IMG/VR virus record: IMGVR_UViG_3300007770_000001 | Length of the DNA stretch: 64,000 nt | From: a virus | Taxonomy: Duplodnaviria; Caudoviricetes | Direction: 5' to 3' (one strand) | Shown: positions 10,405-19,484 of the stretch, in pieces | Numbering within the stretch: position 1 is the first letter of the stretch | Layout: every line of letters begins with the position of its first letter | The notes under the pieces: model-generated | The model's database searches: none | What the model was told of the DNA's origin: nothing | What the model saw: the letters and a program-made list of their open reading frames with translations, nothing else | Program-made: the position numbers and the translations under genes

Positions 10405-10680
10405 GTGTCAGAGTCCCACAAGAACGTGTCCTGCCCTGTCGATGATCCGACAGATCTGTTTGGCGTGTTCGCCAACGCTATCCGGTTGCGTTCAGATGGT
10501 CCTGATGTCCTCGTGGATTTTTGCGTGTACTCCTCTACTGAGAACCGCGCTCGGGTAGTGTCGAGAATCCGTGTCCAGAGATCCTTCCTTCCAACGATCC
10601 AAGAGAAGATCGCAAACGCCGTCCCCGGGCTCGTCCGGGAGGAAGCGATCCTCGTCATGCCTCTCCTCGGTGAGACCTAA
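10405..10680 (+). CDS. DUF3467-like protein
   Basis: FANAIRLRSDGPDVLVDFCVY....RVVSRIRV matches the DUF3467 pattern (YAN...F.LDF...VV.RI) as recalled. Confidence 0.55.
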   Translation: MSESHKNVSCPVDDPTDLFGVFANAIRLRSDGPDVLVDFCVYSSTENRARVVSRIRVQRSFLPTIQEKIANAVPGLVREEAILVMPLLGET

Positions 10681-10689
10681 GGAGTCCTC

Positions 10690-11733
10690 GTGAGTGAATA
10701 CATTGTGAACACCAAGATCCGCGTCGGCGGTCAGGACCCTCTCGTAGAGCTCTACAAGGGGGAAGTCGTCCGGTTCCAAGGGAGCATGATCACCCGGGAG
10801 AACGGCGACGAGATCCGGCTCACCAACCCAGGGAGTATCCGACAGGCCATCAAGCTGGGGTGGATGGGTCTCGCCAGCCAAGGCCAGGGTGAGTACCGTT
10901 CCCGTCCCGCCCCCATCCAGGTCCACTCCCCCGAGTCGAGGGGGCGGGACCGGACCTCGATCAAGATGAACACCGCCCACGAGGAAGAGACGGAGGTCGG
11001 AACCGTAGAGAGCGTCCGCCCCGACAACGCCCCCCGGACTCACCAGGCCAAGAACGCGGGCCAGTACACTGTTGTCGAGGAGCAGGAAGGCCAGGTGGTC
11101 GGCCGGTTCAAGTCCTCGGCCAAGGCCGGTACTGTCGAGGTGGGCAAGAACGATCAGCAGATCAAGCGTCAGCTGGACAACAACCCCCGACGGGGTGTGG
11201 AGCGCGTCGCCCCTCGGATCTCTCAGCCGGACAATCCCCGAGAGGGCGTCACAGTCACTGGAGGAAGCTCCATTGGAGGAGAGGAGACCGGACGTGTGGT
11301 CGGCCGTGTTTCCCGCGAGGAGCGGACTCCCGCCCCCCAGGTAGGCCCTGCCCCTACCCCCCGCCCTGCAGCTTCTCGGAAGGGACGTCGCAGTCTCCCG
11401 AAGGACGCCACTGCGGCTCTCCGTGAGTGGGTGTTCGAAGGGGAGACCTGGGATGGTCAGCCGATGGACATGAAGTCGGTTCGCACTCTCCTGGGCAAGC
11501 ACTTCCGCACCCTGGACACCAACACGATGGTGTCTCGTGCAGAGGCGGCAGCCTCCGAGCCTGCAGCCCCCCAGGACGAGCCTGTCTGGAACCTCTCCCT
11601 CCACTGGAAGACGCGTGAGTCCCGGGTACGCCACCACGCGGAGAACGAAGAGGTCCTCCAGTGGATCCTGGACAACGACTCGAGCAACGCCGTCAAGAAG
11701 AAGGCGCGTCGGTTCCTTGAGGATCTCCTGTAG
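10690..11733 (+). CDS. Hypothetical protein (347 aa, low-complexity centre)
   Basis: AGGAG RBS, typical phage codon usage, operon position. Confidence 0.7.
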   Translation: MSEYIVNTKIRVGGQDPLVELYKGEVVRFQGSMITRENGDEIRLTNPGSIRQAIKLGWMGLASQGQGEYRSRPAPIQVHSPESRGRDRTSIKMNTAHEEETEVGTVESVRPDNAPRTHQAKNAGQYTVVEEQEGQVVGRFKSSAKAGTVEVGKNDQQIKRQLDNNPRRGVERVAPRISQPDNPREGVTVTGGSSIGGEETGRVVGRVSREERTPAPQVGPAPTPRPAASRKGRRSLPKDATAALREWVFEGETWDGQPMDMKSVRTLLGKHFRTLDTNTMVSRAEAAASEPAAPQDEPVWNLSLHWKTRESRVRHHAENEEVLQWILDNDSSNAVKKKARRFLEDLL

Positions 11734-11778
11734 GTCCGGTATCTTCGCTATTCACAGCGAACCCTGCTGGAGCTCTAC

Positions 11779-12414
11779 ATGAAAATCCTCAAGGAAAGGT
11801 TCCGGAGCTTCTCCGACCAGGTTCGGATGCTCCTGGGTCTGGTCTACGAAGATAGCTTCCCCACGCCCAAGAAGGGGGAGGTCTTCATCCGGGTCGAGGA
11901 CGCCGACACCGGCGAGCTCATCGAAGAGCGTCACATCAAGAATGTGATCACCCTCGATGCAGGCCTCTTGGCCTCTACGTTGATGCTTGCGCCGACCTCT
12001 CGGAACGGCATCAACATGTTGGCCGTAGGGACCGGCGCCACTGGAGCCGTCCTGTCTCCGGACGCTCCGGACCCCAAGCAGAGGAAGCTCAACGCGGAGA
12101 TCGCTCGGAAGACGTTTTCCTCGACTACCTATCGTGACGCCAGCGGGAACGCGGTTTCGATCCGGACCGACATCCTCGACATGACCACGACCTTCGAAGC
12201 GGGAGAGGCGGTTGGTCCGCTCAACGAGATGGGTCTCATGTCCACCATCTCGGACAACACGGGTGTCCAGAACCTGAATCCCGACACGTACCCGACTCGG
12301 GACGTCACGGTGGATGTGGATGACTACGACATCCTCGTGAACTATCTGACGTTTGGCGTGATTTCTATCCCGGCGACCGCCAGATGGAGCCTTACCTGGA
12401 GAATAACCTTCTGA
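11779..12414 (+). CDS. Baseplate / tail-fibre-attachment-type structural protein (211 aa)
   Basis: GEVFI...ELIEERHIKNVIT...LAVGTG...L..EI.RK...TTTFEAGEAVGPLNEMGL...W.LTW.ITF pattern, typical of phage tail/baseplate proteins. Confidence 0.65.
   Translation: MKILKERFRSFSDQVRMLLGLVYEDSFPTPKKGEVFIRVEDADTGELIEERHIKNVITLDAGLLASTLMLAPTSRNGINMLAVGTGATGAVLSPDAPDPKQRKLNAEIARKTFSSTTYRDASGNAVSIRTDILDMTTTFEAGEAVGPLNEMGLMSTISDNTGVQNLNPDTYPTRDVTVDVDDYDILVNYLTFGVISIPATARWSLTWRITF
12385..12414 (+). repeat. Copy 1 of recoded duplicate 3' end (WSLTWRITF*) of the 11779 gene
   Basis: TGG AGC CTT ACC TGG AGA ATA ACC TTC TGA. Confidence 0.9.
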
Positions 12415-12494
12415 TTTCAGTGGGTTACAGGCCAAGGTAGTTTACCGGGATATCATAGATAGCGGCCTACACCGACTCAGGGTATCCTGGTTGT

Positions 12495-13640
12495 ATGCCT
12501 CTTCAGTGTCCTGTGTGCTCTCGGAACGGGTTCAAACGACTCACGCGCCACTTGAAACAGGCCCATTCTCTTTCGAAGCCTGAGGCCCTTGCGCGCTATC
12601 CGGGGCTGGTCTTCGAGGAACCCCTTCCTTCTCGGGAGATTCCCTGCTCAAGCTGCGGGGAGATCGTTCCTGGGGTTTCCCCGCGTGCGACCTACGTCAA
12701 GTGCGAGAAGTGTCGAGTCCCCCCATACACAGGACCCCAGGTATCCTGCGCACTATGTGGAATCTCCCGAAGGAGTCTTCGGAACCACCTCAGGGCGTCT
12801 CATGAGTTGACACCGGACCAGTATCGTGCCAAGTATCCAGGAGAACCCGTAGAGGTTCCTGGGATCCGAAAGAAGTCTCCAGAGACCCGCACCAAGATGT
12901 CTGCCGGAGCTACTCGTCGGTGGTCCGACCCTGAGAAGAGAGCAGAGCAATCCGCTAAGCTGAAGCAGGTAGCTCCCTGGAAGGGGAAGAAGCTATCTCC
13001 AGAGCATAGGGAAGCCATATCCAAGGCTGTCACAGGGTGCGACTACAACCTATCGGAAGAGGGGCGTAGGATCCGAGCAGAGTGTGGTCGGCGTGCTCTT
13101 GAGAAGATTCGCCAGAGACCTGGATATTGGGAGCGCGTTCGGAAAGGCCAGAAGGAGTCTCGTGCAAGAAGAGCTCGGGAGGGAACTCTCTATTTCCCAA
13201 ACGGAAGAGGGATATCCGGGATCCGGAAGGATGTTGGACACTTCACCAGGTCTACGTTGGAGGCCAACTTTTCCCGGGTTCTCCTCCTCAACAAGATCCC
13301 CTACCAATATGAGCCGAAGTGCTTTAATCTGCAGATAGGGGGGAACACGGTCCTCTATCTCCCAGACTTCTACCTTGAGGAACCTTTGTCCCACGACGGG
13401 CGAGTTCTTGTCCCTGCAGGTTGGGTTGAACTGAAAGGTTGGAGACCTAAACCGAGCGATATCCCTTGGATTGCTCAGGAGAAGATAGACGCCCTGTCCC
13501 TTCTGGTAGGGTCTTCAGTAGCCCTGGTGGTCCAATCCGAGCCCTCCTGGACAGATATCCGAGACATTTGGAGACCGCAGATACCCTTGTGGGAGACGGG
13601 ACGTAGGAATCTGCGGACGAACCCTCAGATGTTTCGTTGA
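12495..13640 (+). mobile_element. Free-standing homing endonuclease gene: Zn-finger repeats + NUMOD3-like segment + PD-(D/E)XK nuclease
   Basis: CxxC..H.x4.H fingers; KGKKLSPEHREAISK (NUMOD3-like); RSTLEANF..YQYEP..YLPDF..VELKGW nuclease core. Lower GC than neighbours. Confidence 0.8.
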
Positions 13641-13646
13641 TCTTGA

Positions 13647-13676
13647 TGGAGTCTGACTTGGCGGATCACCTTCTAA
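13647..13676 (+). repeat. Copy 2 (orphan remnant) of the 3' end WSLTWRITF*
   Basis: TGG AGT CTG ACT TGG CGG ATC ACC TTC TAA, 6 nt after the endonuclease stop. Confidence 0.9.
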
Positions 13677-13720
13677 CAGGCGTGTCCCGCCGGTAAAGTC
13701 TCCCGTTGGCGGGAGACCCT

Positions 13721-14782
13721 ATGAGAACGCTCACGATACGAGCGCCGGACGACATGCATCTCCACCTACGGCAAGGGGAGATGCTTCCCGATCTGGTGTC
13801 CTATTCGGCGATGCACTGGTCTCGCGGCATCGTGATGCCCAACACCAAGCCCCCAGTGCTAACGCACTGGGATGCCGCCGGCTATTGTGCGAAAATCATG
13901 GAGGCCGGCACGGGCTTCCAGCCCCTCATGACCCTCTACATGACGGATGGGACCACTCCTCAGATCATCGAGGACGCGGCGGAGTCTGGATTCATCTACG
14001 GGGTCAAGCTCTATCCCCACGGAGCCACAACCAACTCCGATGAGGGCGTCACCGAGATCGAGAACATCTATCCGGCCCTGGCGGTGATGGAGGAGCACGG
14101 GCTCCCTCTCCTGGTGCACGGGGAACTCACCCACGACTACATGGGTGAGGTGGACTTCTTCGACCGCGAGGAGAGATTCCTCCATGCGGTCATGCGTCCC
14201 ATCCTGGACCGCTACCCCGACCTTCGGGTGGTCCTCGAACACATCACGACCCGAGCAGCCACCTCTTGGATTCGGATGGTGCAACCCGAACTCCCGGAAG
14301 ATGTCAAACCCGGAGTACCTCAGATCGCTGCAACGATCACGGCCCATCATCTCCTGGAGAACCGGAACGCTCTCTTTCGGGAGGGGGCCAACACCCACAA
14401 CTTCTGCCTTCCCGTCCTGAAGCGCGAAGTCGATCGACAGGCCCTGGTGTCGGCGGCAACCTCCCGGGAGCCCTGGTTTTTCGCGGGGACTGACTCTGCC
14501 CCCCACACTGTCTACGCCAAGCACAACCACGGTTGTGCCGGGTGCTACACAGCCCCCCATGCGCTCCAGCTCTATGCTGAGGTCTTTGATCAGGTGGGTC
14601 TCCTCGAGAGACTGGAGGACTTCACCTCTCGATTCGGGGCGGAGTACTATGGACTCCCTCTCAACCCCCACAGCATCACCCTCAAGGAGGAACCCTATGT
14701 GGTCCCCCTACACCACATGATCGGGAACAAGCCTGTGGTGCCCTTCTGGGCGGGTCGGAGGTTGGCGTGGTCCGTAGCCTGA
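13721..14782 (+). CDS. pyrC: Dihydroorotase (homodimeric, E. coli type)
   Basis: DDMHLHLR, IVMPN, PLMTLY, GVKLYPHGATTNS, LLVHGE, VLEHITT, FCLPVLKR, FAGTDSAPH motifs. ATG at 13721 chosen over TTG at 13706. Confidence 0.95.
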   Translation: MRTLTIRAPDDMHLHLRQGEMLPDLVSYSAMHWSRGIVMPNTKPPVLTHWDAAGYCAKIMEAGTGFQPLMTLYMTDGTTPQIIEDAAESGFIYGVKLYPHGATTNSDEGVTEIENIYPALAVMEEHGLPLLVHGELTHDYMGEVDFFDREERFLHAVMRPILDRYPDLRVVLEHITTRAATSWIRMVQPELPEDVKPGVPQIAATITAHHLLENRNALFREGANTHNFCLPVLKREVDRQALVSAATSREPWFFAGTDSAPHTVYAKHNHGCAGCYTAPHALQLYAEVFDQVGLLERLEDFTSRFGAEYYGLPLNPHSITLKEEPYVVPLHHMIGNKPVVPFWAGRRLAWSVA

Positions 14783-15792
14783 GCTTCCTCGACTTCATCT
14801 ATCGCTACGGGCTCAAACAAGTCCTGTTCCCTCTGGATGCTGAGAGATGTCACGAGGCCATGCTCTGGTCCGCTCGACACTTCTCCCGGTTCCTCCCGAT
14901 GACTCCTTTCCCCAAGGGCATAGAATCCAAGATCGGGGACATCGAGATTCCGGGTCCTGTGGGTCTGGCCGCAGGGATGGACAAGAACGGGGACGCCCTC
15001 CCTCTATGGGAGCGCCTTGGGTTCGGATTCATCGAGATAGGCTCAGTCCTCCTCCACCCCCAGGAAGGGAATCCGCGCCCGCGTATCAAGAGGCTCCCTG
15101 AGGAGATGCTCTGGAACTGGATGGGATTCCCCAGCGCTGGCATGGTACGGGTGAAGAGGAACTTCCGCCACTGGCAGGACTGCGGTCTCTGGCCTTCGGT
15201 TCCTGTTGGGATCAACATCGGTCTGAACAAGGAGGTCGAGGCCAAGGACGCCCCTCTCCACTATGCATCAGTGGCCAACTTCCTGTCTCAGTTCGCCGAC
15301 TACTTCGTGGTGAACCTGTCCTCCCCGAATACTCCCGGACTGCGGAGCCTCCAGCACCGGGAGAACTTCAAGAGGATCGTCGGGGCTGTCCTAAAGGCAG
15401 TTCCCCACGTCCGAGTCTTCGTGAAGCTCAGTCCTGACCTCCCTCCCCTCCCCTACATGGAAGTTCTGGAAGCCGCTGAGAGAGTCGGAGTTCACGGGAT
15501 CATCGCGACGAATACCTCGGGACACTCAGGCCTCAACCCTCGAGGGCACGGAGGGGTCTCAGGATCCTACCTGTACCACAACTCCCAGGAGAAGGTCCAG
15601 GCTGCTCTCCAGGGAACTCGACTTCCTGTGATTGCCTGTGGAGGGATCAACTCCACCTATCGAACCCAGAAGGCTCTCCTGGATGGTTGTGCTGCTGTAC
15701 AGCTTCTCACGGCCCTTGTCTTCAAAGGCCCGGCCTTCCCCCACCGGATCAACCAGGGGCTCTACAAGCTCCTACAGGACGCTCCAGAATAG
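14767..15792 (+). CDS. pyrD: Dihydroorotate dehydrogenase (quinone, class 2)
   Basis: PVGLAAGMDKNG, GFGFIEIGS, GNPRPRI.RL, NLSSPNTPGLRSLQ, FVKLSPDL, GIIATNT, GGVSG, GGI, VQLLTAL..GP motifs. Confidence 0.93.
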   Translation: MVRSLSFLDFIYRYGLKQVLFPLDAERCHEAMLWSARHFSRFLPMTPFPKGIESKIGDIEIPGPVGLAAGMDKNGDALPLWERLGFGFIEIGSVLLHPQEGNPRPRIKRLPEEMLWNWMGFPSAGMVRVKRNFRHWQDCGLWPSVPVGINIGLNKEVEAKDAPLHYASVANFLSQFADYFVVNLSSPNTPGLRSLQHRENFKRIVGAVLKAVPHVRVFVKLSPDLPPLPYMEVLEAAERVGVHGIIATNTSGHSGLNPRGHGGVSGSYLYHNSQEKVQAALQGTRLPVIACGGINSTYRTQKALLDGCAAVQLLTALVFKGPAFPHRINQGLYKLLQDAPE

Positions 15793-16345
15793 CTCGAGCG
15801 CGGGCTACGTCTTCGTCCCGAAGTCCGTGTCGGGAGCTCACTCGGATGAACCGGGAGAAGCTCTCGGGATCTGGTTCCGGCATCCGAGCCTCCCAGCCTT
15901 CCCACGGGCCCCACTCTTCCACCCAGTTGGATGAGAACCACTCCCGGGTGTATTGACACCTCTCCTCTGAGAATGGTAGGTCTCGGTCGTCGAAGATCAC
16001 GTAGGAGAGGATCTCTCGCCCCTTCATCCAGTCGCGGATCTGTTGGGGGCGGTCTGGCCAGGTGAGGCTCTCCGGCCCCTGGTCTGTGTATCCGATGACG
16101 AGCTCGTTGGGGACTCCACACTCCTCCAGGTCTTGTATGGCAAACTGGACTTTCTCCTCCAAGGTGTATGTAGATTCCTCAAACATTTGGACAGCGTCTG
16201 ATATGATGACGACCCGAGCCCCTGTTTCGTCGCAGAGGTCCTTGATCCGGGCCCCGCACAAGGGGTCGAGCCGTTCATCCCGGTCCAGATCTCTACGGAG
16301 AGGTCCGTCCATGACCCCGTAGAAGTCCAGGAAGATGATCTTCAA
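15749..16345 (-). CDS. HAD-superfamily (Swiss-army-knife RNA-repair-like) protein
   Basis: KIIFLDFYGVM, ETGARVVIIS, R...I..W, YVIFDD, GL...DV..A..IL. A TTG start overlapping the upstream TGA is likely; the track starts it at 16375. Confidence 0.7.
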   Translation of the reverse strand: MKIIFLDFYGVMDGPLRRDLDRDERLDPLCGARIKDLCDETGARVVIISDAVQMFEESTYTLEEKVQFAIQDLEECGVPNELVIGYTDQGPESLTWPDRPQQIRDWMKGREILSYVIFDDRDLPFSEERCQYTREWFSSNWVEEWGPWEGWEARMPEPDPESFSRFIRVSSRHGLRDEDVARARAILERPVGACRAPG

Positions 16346-16952
16346 CGCGTCGGAATGGTCTTCCACCACAGACACCCCTCGGCAGGCACTGAAGTGTACC
16401 CCCAGGTGCCGTCATGGGGGCAGGGGACCCACGGGGCCAGGCCCACCCCCTGCTTCGAACTGTAGATCTGGTCCGACCCTCGAGGACCTGAGTACTCCCC
16501 CTCGTGGTTCCGGCCCTCGCTGTCGACGGTGTCTGCGTAGCCGGCCTGTTCCATCGCACAGAAGGAGCACCACCCTTTGACGCTGTCCCCGAAGATGTGA
16601 GTCCGCCGCCAGAGCTTGACACCAGTTCTGCCACACTTGTGGCAGAAGTAGATGTCGCGCTGGGAATCGGAGAGGCGGTAGCCCTTGAGGTTCGCCACGC
16701 CCTCGGCGAAGAGCGGAACCACGTCGTAGTTCTTCTTGCCTCCCAGGGAGCCAAACATCCGGCTCTTGGCGGTGGTGAAGTCCTGGGGGAGGACCAGCGG
16801 ATCCTCCGGTCCCTCTTCCTGTTCCGTAGCGGGGGGACCTCGTCAATGACGGCCCGGATCTTCTGGCGAAGCATCCCATCAGAGAGGCTCAGCCAGGCAG
16901 CGTGGCTGAGGAGTTCGTCGCAGAGTTCGATGGCACGGGCAAGGGAAGCCAT
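16342..16952 (-). CDS. Hypothetical Cys-containing protein, apparently split by a frameshift at a C6 run
   Basis: ATG at 16952 with RBS reads MASLARAIEL...EVPP. The -1 frame, which has no start codon of its own until 16758, continues ATEQEEGPEDPLVL...MFGSLGG...CHKC...CSFC. Confidence 0.5.
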
Positions 16953-17038
16953 GGGGTTCCTCGGTTTGGGTTCACTTGGGATTACCGGCGGGGAGCTCTT
17001 TTCCGAGGGTTTCCCGGTAATGGGCGCCAGGAGGAGAT

Positions 17039-17560
17039 ATGTCCAAAGCATCAGATGCCCTGCGAATGCTCCGTGCGGGGGCCACCAATCAAGAGATCCA
17101 AGCACACTGCAAGGAGAAGTACGGGAAGGGAATCTCCACGCAAACTCTGGCCAACTACCGGAAGGATATGCGGGAGAAGGACTCCACCAGACAACAGGCC
17201 CTGGCGCGGGCTGGGTTCCTTCTCTCGGAAGGGAGGACTCGGAACGCAGCTCAAATCGAGATCAAGAAGCTCTATGGTGTCACCCTCAGCTACAAGACCC
17301 TCAATGGTCTCATGCCTCCTTCCGAGACCGCTCCTCCGGATCCGGAACCGCGAGCCCCGGCTGGGGCAGGCCCGGAGGCTGTGACCGCCCTCACAGTCCC
17401 GACGGAGGTTCTGACCTCCACAGCGGATGACCTGGAGTCCCGTCTGGAACAGACCTACCAGTGGATGAAGGCTCTTGGGGTCGAGACACTCAACATCTCT
17501 GGCGGGGAAGCCACCGTCACATTCAAACAGAGGTTCAACCTCGGAGGAGACACGCCGTGA
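17039..17560 (+). CDS. Hypothetical, possible HTH DNA-binding protein (173 aa)
   Basis: AGGAGG RBS with GTG start. Two repeated units (..YGKGISTQTL / ..YGVTLSYKTL). Confidence 0.6.
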   Translation: MSKASDALRMLRAGATNQEIQAHCKEKYGKGISTQTLANYRKDMREKDSTRQQALARAGFLLSEGRTRNAAQIEIKKLYGVTLSYKTLNGLMPPSETAPPDPEPRAPAGAGPEAVTALTVPTEVLTSTADDLESRLEQTYQWMKALGVETLNISGGEATVTFKQRFNLGGDTP

Positions 17561-17940
17561 AGCTACGTCTCAAAGGGATCATCATGTGCTCCTTCCAGCG
17601 GAGCGAGGCCACCAACCTCAAGATCTACCGGAAGTCCCCGGAGTACCCTGGGGATCTGCAAGAGGGGGAGGTCTTCCTGTTTGTCTCCCGTGGGCTGAAC
17701 CAGGTCATCTTCGTGTTCCGCGACAAGGAGGGGATCACCAAGGATGGCTGGGAATACGATATCCTGGATTCCCGTCGTCTCCGCTTGGCCGGCGCGACCT
17801 GGCACCCGTACATGCTTCAGGAGTACGCCCGTCAGGTGGGTCTCAGCCTGATTGGCATCCGGTCGTTCGGGGAGATCCTCGAGGAGCGTCGCCAAGAGCA
17901 GCGGGAGCAGCGTCTCGCGCGGAAGCGTCAGGGCAGATAG
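17557..17940 (+). CDS. Hypothetical protein (127 aa), weak IS66-TnpB-like motif
   Basis: GTGA overlap with the upstream gene; GEVFLFVSR...VIFVFRD...RRL...W.P. Confidence 0.55.
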   Translation: MKLRLKGIIMCSFQRSEATNLKIYRKSPEYPGDLQEGEVFLFVSRGLNQVIFVFRDKEGITKDGWEYDILDSRRLRLAGATWHPYMLQEYARQVGLSLIGIRSFGEILEERRQEQREQRLARKRQGR

Positions 17941-18106
17941 ACGCCATCCTTGGTGAGCCTCTCCCGGCAGCGGGGGCAGGTCACTCTCCGGTTGTTGGGG
18001 TTCTCGGTTGCTCTGTGTACCGAGACCATTTCCCCACACCAAGCTCTACGGACCCTTTTACCGGGAGGTCCTTGGATGTCCTGGTCTTGCGCCGCGTGGA
18101 CGACGC

Positions 18107-18841
18107 TCAACGGGAGTGCTCCGCCCTCATCTTGTTGAGGCGGGCCATCTCTGCCGGGTTCTTCTTGAGCTGCTGCCAGCCCTTCTGCATGCCATCATGC
18201 CAGGCGCTGGCGTAGATCTCCCGCAGAGCCGCTCGTGCCTGCCGGGTCGTGTAGTAGGGCTGGTGGCGCTCGTAGTACTCCATGGGCTTGTGCGTCCCAG
18301 AGTCCAGAGCCATGGAGAGGCGATCCCACAGAGCCTGCACCTTGCCGGGAAGGCTCCACTCCCAGTTCTGCCCTACGTCGGCGGAGATGCCCTCGAGGTA
18401 GCCGGGGAAGGCATCTTCATCGGCTCTGTCCTGGTACATCCCGCTCACGTCCATGTTGACGTAGAGGTCTGCGGCATAGGCAGGGTCCGGCTTGCCGACT
18501 TCCTTCCAGATGGTTTGGAGAAGCTTCTCCCAGAGTTTGGGGATGTCCGGCCCGCGCTTGGAGGGGCCCGTCCGAGGCGCTCGGGGAATCGCCCGGCCGG
18601 TGGCGCCGAGATCCTTCAGGGTGACGCTCTTCCCCCGGACAGGAGAACTCTGATTCACCCAGGCGTCGGGGATGCTCTTGTCTCCCCGGAGATACATCCC
18701 CAGATCCATGCCGGGCTTGACGCCCATCCCACGGAGCCAGTTCGCGAAGGCGAGGCTCTCGATCCGGAAAGTCTTGCCCGACTCAGTGGTGAAGAGTTCT
18801 TTGCCCATGTCCGACACCTTCCTTCGGGAGAGTCCTCCCAT
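18107..18841 (-). CDS. Hypothetical protein (~234-244 aa)
   Basis: Protein-like composition and phage codon usage. An alternative ATG lies ~33 nt downstream. Confidence 0.65.
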   Translation of the reverse strand: MGGLSRRKVSDMGKELFTTESGKTFRIESLAFANWLRGMGVKPGMDLGMYLRGDKSIPDAWVNQSSPVRGKSVTLKDLGATGRAIPRAPRTGPSKRGPDIPKLWEKLLQTIWKEVGKPDPAYAADLYVNMDVSGMYQDRADEDAFPGYLEGISADVGQNWEWSLPGKVQALWDRLSMALDSGTHKPMEYYERHQPYYTTRQARAALREIYASAWHDGMQKGWQQLKKNPAEMARLNKMRAEHSR

Positions 18842-18890
18842 ATATCAGATACCGTCTCGGAGGGCGTTTGGGAAACCGGTAATCGAGGTC

Positions 18891-19484
18891 ATGGAACCCA
18901 TCAAATACGACGCTCTCTCGACGACCAACGAGGCCCTGGATGCCCTCATCTCAGGCGCACGGGACAACTGCCCGGGCCTCCCCATCGGGAGGATATCGGT
19001 GTTCTCCGGAGAGGGAAGCACCCCAAGCGTCCTGGCTACGGTCTGCATTTTCAAGGCTCTGGCCGGAAGCCGGGAGGCTCTGGCGATTGACTTCGCGGAA
19101 GACTTCTCCCATGAAGCCATCGGGGGCCCTTATCAAGAGATGGTTTCGGTCCTGCAGACTCGGTGCCCTGTCTTGGCTTCAAAGATGGCAGTTGTGGCCC
19201 CAAAGAGGTCCCTGTTGATCCTCAACCGGCCGGACCGAGCTCTCTACAACGAGGACTTCTCATGGGCTGGGTTCCTGAAGGATCTCCGGAAGGTCCTTCA
19301 GGAGCGGGAGTCTATTCTGCTGATTATCCTTCCACCTCTCTCGGAAATCGAGGTGGATCGCACCTGGCGTTCCCCTTCCTCCCTCTGGGCCAACATCGAA
19401 GACCGGGAAGACGGTGTCTACGCAACCATCCGTAAATCCATGGTCTCCGACTCCATGGGCAGAACAGAGAGGATCCTTGCATGA
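18891..19484 (+). CDS. Degenerate RecA-fold protein A (no Walker A lysine)
   Basis: LSTTNEALDAL..GLPIGRISVFSG aligns by eye to RecA ISTGSLSLD..GLP.GRI..YG, but GKT is absent. Confidence 0.65.
   Translation: MEPIKYDALSTTNEALDALISGARDNCPGLPIGRISVFSGEGSTPSVLATVCIFKALAGSREALAIDFAEDFSHEAIGGPYQEMVSVLQTRCPVLASKMAVVAPKRSLLILNRPDRALYNEDFSWAGFLKDLRKVLQERESILLIILPPLSEIEVDRTWRSPSSLWANIEDREDGVYATIRKSMVSDSMGRTERILA

Noticed and set aside
12415-13646. Group I intron explanation for the endonuclease insert
   Set aside because: The host gene is already complete upstream and the flank is duplicated rather than interrupted. I could not identify group I core elements, though an Infernal scan would be needed to exclude this fully.
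18672-18890. Track-extended N-termini of several ORFs (e.g. 18672, 32247, 39697, 46631, 49764, 17461)
   Set aside because: The extensions overlap genes in other frames and lack an RBS. Internal ATG/GTG starts with RBS or stop-start overlaps were used instead.
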